This document shows positions 57,872 through 64,000 of a DNA stretch of 64,000 nt, piece after piece. Position numbers and translations under genes: made by a program. The stretch's first letter is position 1; the number at the start of each line of letters is the position of its first letter. Source of the stretch: Bacteriovoracaceae bacterium (GTDB lineage: Bacteria; Bdellovibrionota; Bacteriovoracia; Bacteriovoracales; Bacteriovoracaceae); the NCBI GenBank assembly GCA_018649885.1, contig JABIHA010000085.1, positions 36,744 through 100,743 of the forward strand, written 5' to 3'. The notes beneath the pieces were generated by a model that saw only the letters and a list, made by a program, of their open reading frames with translations, ran no database searches and had not been told where the DNA came from.

Positions 57872-58255
57872 TTACTTTATTTCAATACACAGCTCATGAC
57901 CTACTAAAGATTTGGCAAATGCTTCTGAACTATCTTTATTTGACTCTGGACAAGCAACAGCCCCCTCATTTAATTTACGTGTGAAATAAAATATTCCGAA
58001 TGAGGAAATTGGAGAATGCTCGTCTTTTTTAAACCAAACACCATACTCACATCCAGGCTTGCCTAAATTAATCGCCATTTGGCCAGATAAACCATTTGGT
58101 ATATCTGTAATTGTTTCTTTCATTCTCGTTTCTTGAATATAGATAGTTTTGCTTTCAAGTTCAGCTAATAGTTCATCTGTCACCGTCATGCAGTGCTCTC
58201 CTGCTTGAGACAGTGCTGAAATTGTTAGAAGCCCAATACAAATTAGTTTTTTCAT
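57872..58255 (-). CDS. Small secreted hypothetical protein
   Basis: Start MKKLICIGLLTISALSQA (signal peptide), preceded by a GGGGGT RBS. 4 Cys. Confidence 0.5.
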   Translation of the reverse strand: MKKLICIGLLTISALSQAGEHCMTVTDELLAELESKTIYIQETRMKETITDIPNGLSGQMAINLGKPGCEYGVWFKKDEHSPISSFGIFYFTRKLNEGAVACPESNKDSSEAFAKSLVGHELCIEIK

Positions 58256-58656
58256 TTTTACCCCCAGGTTTTTGATTTTCAAAAATTTAAAAAGCGATAC
58301 TTTTATACATCGTAACGGGGGATTGGATTGGATTGGAGGGGAAGAAAATTGATTCATTTGAAGTAATTACAAAATTGTCGAAATTTTTTCCGGCCTTACG
58401 TATCCGGCTTACAGGTTGAGCACTTGAGTGATGGCCTTACCACATTGAACATTCATAAGTTGTTATAAACTAGAGCAGAAAAAAACGATGTAAGAGCTAT
58501 CAATAAAAAATATTTAGACTGTCTTTAAAGTGTTCTTAAATAGAGATATTCTCAGCAGCACTAAAGTCTCTTCTTGTATATTTTGGGTATTTTTTTAGAA
58601 GCTATATTTTTCCAGCTATAACAAGTAATGGCAAATACCACCCTTGAGGGGGCGCT

Positions 58657-60585
58657 TTATTGATCACCGGCTGTAGTATTTTTCAGATAAGTATACTCAG
58701 TAAGACACTTCTCATAGAAGTCTGTCAGCTTTACTCCCGTACGCGGTCTGAGTGTACCTTTTTGGACTTGGCGATCGAGTGACTTTTTTACTGATTGGGC
58801 CATGGCCACAGGGGAGTACTGGAGTGTTGAAAGGATATCTTGAGATTTATTGCCTGCAATAACTTCTTCTATATAAAAATCTTTTGGGTCATCGTCATCA
58901 CAAAAAACATGCACCTCATTTAATCTGCCAAATAGGTTGTGCATATCACCCATTATATCTTGATAGGCACCTGTCAGGAATATTCCCAAGTGGTAGGGCT
59001 CATTCTTTTTTAACTCGTGAAGTTGAATTGTCGGTTTGGGACCATTAGGGCCAATAAAGCTATCAATTTTTCCATCACTGTCACAGGTTATATCGGCGAG
59101 TGTGCATGCCCTGGTAGGTCTCTCATTAAGCCTTGTAAGTGGAACTATGGGCATTAGCTGCCCTATGGCCCAGCTATCGGGAAGGGACTGAAAAACAGAG
59201 AAGTTGCATAAGTATTGAGGGGCAAGCTTTTGTTTTAGGGAGCTTATTTCCTCGGGAACAACTTGTAGTTCACAGTCAAGGTTTGCTAGAAGCATGACTC
59301 GGTGGCAAATATGCGAGTAGAGAAGCTCAACCTTGGCCATTTCTTCAAGCGATAGATATCCCAGCTTAAATGAATTGTGGGCCTCTTCTTTTTTCATGAC
59401 ACTGTCATTGTAGACATCTTGAAAATTGTCTTCACTGAGACTTTCTTTAAGCTCCTTCATATTCTGAAGAAGTATGTTGCCTGCTTCACCAACTTCTACG
59501 TGTCCTTCCTTCTTTTGAGAAATCTCACCGAAGACATCGACAATAATGCAGGAGTGTTGGGCCACCACCGCTCGTCCAGTCTCGGAGACAATATTAGGAC
59601 AAGGCACTTTTTGAATTTCGCAGATTTGTTTGAGTACGTAGACTACATCGGCAGCGTAATCAGAAAGGCCGTAATTTCTTGAGGAGTCTCTTCTGGTTTT
59701 TGTCCCTTCATAATCAACTGCGACTCCTCCACCCACATCAAAGTATTCAATATCTGCACCCATTTTTTGAAGTCCAGCATAAATATGGGCCCCTTCTGTA
59801 ATGGCGCCTTTAATGGATTTAATATCTGGGATTTGTGATCCTATGTGGAAATGAAATAATTTAAGTGAATCCAGCATGTCTTCTTTTTTTAAAGTCTCGA
59901 ATGCTTCCATGATCTCAGGGATACTGAGGCCAAACTTGGCCCTTTCCCCGCAAGATTTCTTCCACCTTCCCGAGCCACACGAAGTAAGCTTTGCTCTAAT
60001 GCCAATGATGGGTTTGACGCCCTCTTCTTTGGACAGCTTTATGAGCTGAGTTAGCTCTGAGGGCCTTTCGATTACTGTGATGATATTTCGGCCCATTTGA
60101 GTACCCAGTAGGGCAAGCCTCAAGTAATCATCATCTTTATATCCATTGAGAATGGTGAGGGAGCTTGTATTTTGCTCAATGGCCAGTGTTGCAAGGAGCT
60201 CTGCTTTTGAGCCAGCTTCTAGGCCATGACTGTAAGCTCCACCCGCATCCATTATTTCTTCAACCACTTCTCTGAGTTGATTGACCTTGATGGGGTAAAC
60301 GCCAAAGTAATTACCTGAATAACCGGCTTCTTCAATGACTTCTTTGAAAACTTTATTAATGTGATGGATACGTGATCGTAATATGTCGTGAAAGCGGATT
60401 ACGGTGGGCAGAGAGACGCCAAGAGAGCGCATCTCATCTACAACCCTACTTATTTCTATGCGTGGCCCAGGTTGGCTTCTCGAGGGTGTGACGGACAAGT
60501 TACCATTTTCCGAAACGAAGAAATAATCTTCACCCCATCCGTGAATATTATACAAAGCTTTTGAATCTTCGGTGGTCCAGTCCAT
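58657..60585 (-). CDS. speA: Biosynthetic arginine decarboxylase (PLP-dependent)
   Basis: MDWTTEDSKALYNIHGWGEDYFFVSENGNL... and YPIKVNQ match the SpeA family (fold-III PLP decarboxylase). Typical length, 642 aa. Confidence 0.9.
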   Translation of the reverse strand: MDWTTEDSKALYNIHGWGEDYFFVSENGNLSVTPSRSQPGPRIEISRVVDEMRSLGVSLPTVIRFHDILRSRIHHINKVFKEVIEEAGYSGNYFGVYPIKVNQLREVVEEIMDAGGAYSHGLEAGSKAELLATLAIEQNTSSLTILNGYKDDDYLRLALLGTQMGRNIITVIERPSELTQLIKLSKEEGVKPIIGIRAKLTSCGSGRWKKSCGERAKFGLSIPEIMEAFETLKKEDMLDSLKLFHFHIGSQIPDIKSIKGAITEGAHIYAGLQKMGADIEYFDVGGGVAVDYEGTKTRRDSSRNYGLSDYAADVVYVLKQICEIQKVPCPNIVSETGRAVVAQHSCIIVDVFGEISQKKEGHVEVGEAGNILLQNMKELKESLSEDNFQDVYNDSVMKKEEAHNSFKLGYLSLEEMAKVELLYSHICHRVMLLANLDCELQVVPEEISSLKQKLAPQYLCNFSVFQSLPDSWAIGQLMPIVPLTRLNERPTRACTLADITCDSDGKIDSFIGPNGPKPTIQLHELKKNEPYHLGIFLTGAYQDIMGDMHNLFGRLNEVHVFCDDDDPKDFYIEEVIAGNKSQDILSTLQYSPVAMAQSVKKSLDRQVQKGTLRPRTGVKLTDFYEKCLTEYTYLKNTTAGDQ

Positions 60586-60692
60586 TACTCATTCCACGGG
60601 GCAAATGCATTTTGAAAAAACATCGCCGCAGATTATAGTCTGGATAAAAGAAAGGGGCAAGTACTCAATCGATCTCTAACTTATTGAAAATT

Positions 60693-60727
60693 AAAAGGCC
60701 TTCTTGCGAAGGCCATTTCTGGTTTTT
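60693..60727. terminator. Rho-independent terminator hairpin GGCCTTC-ttgc-GAAGGCC with flanking A- and T-tracts
   Basis: A-rich on one side and TTTCTGGTTTTT on the other. A second small hairpin AGTCCAG-ttag-ACTGGACT lies at 60760-60778, directly 3' of the lipoprotein gene stop. Confidence 0.6.
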
Positions 60728-60780
60728 GCCAATATTACCAGAGAAGAGAGAGAGAGAAGTCCAGTTAGACTGGACTAAAT

Positions 60781-60960
60781 TTAAATATTTTTCCTGTCAG
60801 AACGACTTTCAAATTCGTTCCATTTTGTAGTTTTCAAGCTAGTTGTTGTGGATTTTTTTGCTTTCTTTTTTGTCTTGGTGAACTTTTGATTCGTCGTTGA
60901 ACACGCCGAAAGTGAAAGAGTTAAAACTATTATGCTTCCTACATTTAAGAGTACCTTCAT
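60781..60960 (-). CDS. Small lipoprotein (about 59 aa)
   Basis: MKVLLNVGSIIVLTLSLSAC has the lipobox LSAC. A strong RBS GGGAGG lies 7 nt upstream. The rest is K/T-rich. Confidence 0.5.
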   Translation of the reverse strand: MKVLLNVGSIIVLTLSLSACSTTNQKFTKTKKKAKKSTTTSLKTTKWNEFESRSDRKNI

Positions 60961-61137
60961 CCAAAAACCTCCCTGTTTATGGGTTAACTCGCACACTTAT
61001 CTATAAAGCAAGCGGCGTGCCAGCTTTTGCGTGCCTAAAATGGGCCAAAACCACCGTTTTGGTTCCACTTTGACCATAACAGAGAAAATTAATAGGGGGC
61101 GAAACAGGACCAACCTGCGTTATTTTGGCCTTAGGGA

Positions 61138-61587
61138 CTAGCCTACGTCTAGTGCTTTTAAGATTTCTCTTTGGGTCTCTATATCTAAGGCCTGAATACT
61201 TTTCACATTTTTTCTTTTAAGACCGTGGTTTTGAATCAGCTGATCAGAAAGGCGAATTTTTTTAGACAAGCTCTTGGCAATTACCAGAAGCCATCCTGGG
61301 CATTGTTTTCTTAAAATATCTTGAGGTATCTTTATTAATGTAGTGTTTTCTAGTGCAATAACATCAGCACTTCTTGGGATATTGTCAAAAAAGCTAAGCT
61401 CTCCAAGATAGTCTCCATTTGTTAAGTGCTCCAGGGGCGTGACTTCTGTTCCCTTTCTGACACAAACGAGAAGCTTTCCTTTGACTATTATATAGAGCTC
61501 ATTACTTTTCTCACCCTCTTTGCAAACCACTTCATTTTTTTGAACAATTTTTAAATACTCTTTTAATTCAGAATCTTCCATGTTCAT
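61138..61587 (-). CDS. Cyclic-nucleotide-binding domain protein
   Basis: GDYLGELSFFDNIPRSADVIALENTTL fits the cNMP-binding (CAP effector) signature. Confidence 0.8.
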   Translation of the reverse strand: MNMEDSELKEYLKIVQKNEVVCKEGEKSNELYIIVKGKLLVCVRKGTEVTPLEHLTNGDYLGELSFFDNIPRSADVIALENTTLIKIPQDILRKQCPGWLLVIAKSLSKKIRLSDQLIQNHGLKRKNVKSIQALDIETQREILKALDVG

Positions 61588-61592
61588 GCCTT

Positions 61593-62765
61593 TTATAATT
61601 GCAAGAGGTTTTTTAGTCTCAGACCTAACGCTCTTGCGGCCTTCTCAGTATAAAAATCTTGAGGGGTGACTTTGTCTTGGAATAGAGTATTTTTGCCAAA
61701 GTCACTATTAATAAACTCTTCGTAATCAAAAAGAGGAACGCTAAATTTCCTGGAGATTTTTCTAATAATTGAGTTGGTGACTAAATTTGATCTCCAAAGG
61801 CGGCAATCAAATGCTGTTGAGGCCAAAAGAGCTTCTATGGCCTCTTCTGTTCGTCCAAGCTTTGAAAGGGTGATTCCTTTCAAGTAATGGCTTAAAGCAT
61901 TTCCTTCAAACTTCTCCACTGCTTTTTTTGACTCAGTAAAAGCTTCTTTGTAACTTTCATGCTTTAAAAGTAAAAAGATTTTCTTATGAAGCTGAGCAGA
62001 TTCCTGGTTTTTTGAATTTGAGCAAACCCTTTTTGGAAGAACTCTGAGGTTTATCGGAGAAGTCATAAGTATCAGGTGACTTTTTTTCACTCTGGACAAT
62101 CTAACGAGGCTTTCGAGTTGAATTTCAAAAAATTTGTATTTTAATTCCATTAATTTTTGGTGTTCAAAGTCAAAATATGGTTGCTTGTCTTTTTTTACAG
62201 TTTCATCAAGTTTGATTTGTGTAAAGGGCCTATAAATAAGCCTTGCTGTAAAAGGGAAGAGATCAATGACGGTTTGCAATTTCACATTAGCGAAACGCTT
62301 TAAATTATTTAAAATTTTATCGTACTCTTCGATCTCAAAAATTTTCTCATGACCTTCTGACTCACCTCCTAAAAAAATGGTGATTTTGGGCCAGCTTACT
62401 AATTCATTCAGTCTTGTCATCAATCTATGAATATTTTCGTCTGAGTGGACAAGTGGATAAATTTTCATGGGGTTTGTGAGATCAAGACTGATCCCTTTTT
62501 GAAGGGTCTTCTTATATCTTAAAAATGAGATGGCATCCTTTCCGCCAATAAACAAAAGATTTGCTTCTTCAATGGCCGTTCCATCAATCGGTGAGAAAAG
62601 GCCCATATGTCTTTTGGCCTGCTCCCCGAAATAATAAGGAAGTGGGGTACTGCCTAAGTGCTGATTTTTCTTATAGAGACTCCGGGCCTTCAATCCAAAG
62701 AAGGTGGCCACCAATAAGGGTGTGACGACAATAATAAAGATGATCGCTTTTTTAACTCTTCTCAT
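61593..62765 (-). CDS. Membrane-anchored hypothetical protein with TPR-like helices
   Basis: N-terminal TM helix KAIIFIIVVTPLLVATFFGL. C-terminal helical repeats (YKEAFTESKKAVEKFEGNALSHYLKGITLSKLGRTEEAIEALL). 5 nt upstream of the cNMP-binding gene. Confidence 0.5.
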   Translation of the reverse strand: MRRVKKAIIFIIVVTPLLVATFFGLKARSLYKKNQHLGSTPLPYYFGEQAKRHMGLFSPIDGTAIEEANLLFIGGKDAISFLRYKKTLQKGISLDLTNPMKIYPLVHSDENIHRLMTRLNELVSWPKITIFLGGESEGHEKIFEIEEYDKILNNLKRFANVKLQTVIDLFPFTARLIYRPFTQIKLDETVKKDKQPYFDFEHQKLMELKYKFFEIQLESLVRLSRVKKSHLILMTSPINLRVLPKRVCSNSKNQESAQLHKKIFLLLKHESYKEAFTESKKAVEKFEGNALSHYLKGITLSKLGRTEEAIEALLASTAFDCRLWRSNLVTNSIIRKISRKFSVPLFDYEEFINSDFGKNTLFQDKVTPQDFYTEKAARALGLRLKNLLQL

Positions 62766-62857
62766 TTCCAGTACTTACTTTTGATCTTTGTTTTGATTGT
62801 ATCCCAAGAATTTGATAAAAGGCAGCTGAGAATAAGAATTGATAGGTGCGATGCGTT

Positions 62858-64000
62858 ATGAGCCTTGAGCTTTTGGCCCCTGCTGGGGACTTAGAAAAAT
62901 TGAAAGTAGGGGTCATGTATGGGGCCGACGCCGTATATTTAGGTGGCGAAAACTTTGGCCTTCGCGCTCGCGCCGGTAACTTTACCCTTGAAGAAATTAA
63001 AGAGGGAGTAGAGTTTGCCCATCTTAGAAATGCAAAGGTCTATGTTGTTCTCAATAGCTTTTTATTTGATAATGAAATTCAAAAGCTTCCGGAATTTGTC
63101 ACTTATCTTGAACAGATGGGTGTAGATGCGGTGATTGTTTCTGACATGGGTGTTTTCCAAACGGTAAAGAGCTCGTGCAATATTGATATTCACGTTTCCA
63201 CTCAAGCAAGTTGCCTTAATGAATCTACAGTTTCGCTTTGGAAGTCACTTGGTGCCAAGAGAGTCATCCTTGGAAGAGAAGTTTCTATTACCGAAGCAAA
63301 GAAAATAAGACAAAATTGTGGGATTGAAGTTGAAATGTTTTCTCACGGCTCTCTTTGCATGGCCTATTCCGGACATTGTGTGATTTCAAATTATACAGGA
63401 GGGAGAGACTCAAACCGTGGAGGCTGTGCTCACAGTTGTCGCTTTGAATATTCCCTCGATTTTAAAAACAATCAAAAGCAGTCAAAGAAGAGCTTTTTTA
63501 TGAGCTCCAAAGACTTGAATGGCATTGAACTTGTTGATCAGTTTGAAGATGCTTCTATCGATTCCTTAAAAATTGAAGGAAGAATGAAAACTGCCTTGTA
63601 TTTGGCAACCGTCGTAAAATCTTATCGCGCGGCCATTGATTCTTTAAAGACAGCTGAGGGGCCGGCACCCTCTCCACAAGAGTTGGACCATGAACTGAGA
63701 AGCTTCTCACATCGAGATTATACTGCTGGCGGGCTTTCTGGCGAATTTGGAAGCGAGTCAGTATATGACAGAGAACACGGCCTTTGTGGTGATTATATGA
63801 TTATCGGCAGTATTAAAAATGCCAGTGCCCAAAGTGGTTTAGTCCTTGAAGTGAGAAATGGTTTAAAGCTTGGTGATAAAATCGAAATAATGACCTTTAA
63901 GGGTAAAAATATTGAAATTGAATTAGACCAGATGTTTGATTTTGCGGATGTGCCCATAGAAAGCATTAATCCCAATCAACTTTTAAAAATTCCTTATATT
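62858..64000 (+). CDS. U32-family peptidase (collagenase-like), 5'-partial, running off the window
   Basis: Manual translation from the ATG at 62858. It gives MSLELLAPAGDLEKLKVGVMYGADAVYLGGENFGLRARAGNF... and the U32 signature region EMFSHGSLCMAYSGHCVISNY...IEGRMK. There is no stop before position 64000, so it is absent from the ORF track. Confidence 0.8.
   Translation, partial: MSLELLAPAGDLEKLKVGVMYGADAVYLGGENFGLRARAGNFTLEEIKEGVEFAHLRNAKVYVVLNSFLFDNEIQKLPEFVTYLEQMGVDAVIVSDMGVFQTVKSSCNIDIHVSTQASCLNESTVSLWKSLGAKRVILGREVSITEAKKIRQNCGIEVEMFSHGSLCMAYSGHCVISNYTGGRDSNRGGCAHSCRFEYSLDFKNNQKQSKKSFFMSSKDLNGIELVDQFEDASIDSLKIEGRMKTALYLATVVKSYRAAIDSLKTAEGPAPSPQELDHELRSFSHRDYTAGGLSGEFGSESVYDREHGLCGDYMIIGSIKNASAQSGLVLEVRNGLKLGDKIEIMTFKGKNIEIELDQMFDFADVPIESINPNQLLKIPYI

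Overview
AT-rich (about 60% A+T by eye), gene-dense bacterial chromosomal segment with about 50 protein-coding genes. No rRNA, tRNA or CRISPR array could be identified by eye. Housekeeping genes are recognisable from their translated motifs. These are a UvrD/PcrA-family helicase, a two-subunit class I fumarate hydratase in an operon with MetRS, acetoacetyl-CoA synthetase, UppP, CinA, an SPFH protein, a MATE transporter, an NtrC-type sigma-54 regulator, an RCK potassium channel, NfeD, Xth, malate dehydrogenase, SpeD, SpeA and a U32 peptidase. They are interspersed with an unusually high number of large secreted or lipo-proteins and zinc metalloproteases. The base composition, the lysine-rich histone-H1-like sequences and the load of secreted hydrolases suggest a Bdellovibrio-like predatory bacterium, but that is inference. 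The features most worth a second look are these. (1) A 1.4-kb unit flanked by a 12-bp direct repeat, made of a roughly 430-nt GT-rich non-coding region followed by a DUF222-type HNH endonuclease gene. This is a candidate mobile element or RNA-associated HNH element. (2) A divergent pair encoding a metzincin protease with a CFIATATYG-type C-terminal sorting-like domain and a 1341-aa Cys/Lys-rich tandem-repeat secreted protein. (3) A histone-H1-like (AGKKKAVKKKATKKK)n tail, built from 45-bp tandem DNA repeats, fused in frame to the fumarase alpha subunit. (4) 25-bp direct repeats bracketing the alpha/beta-hydrolase plus speD pair. (5) A perfect 12-4-12 palindrome upstream of the sigma-54 regulator gene. 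(6) An outer-membrane/TPR protein gene whose signal peptide is encoded upstream of any ATG/GTG/TTG start.
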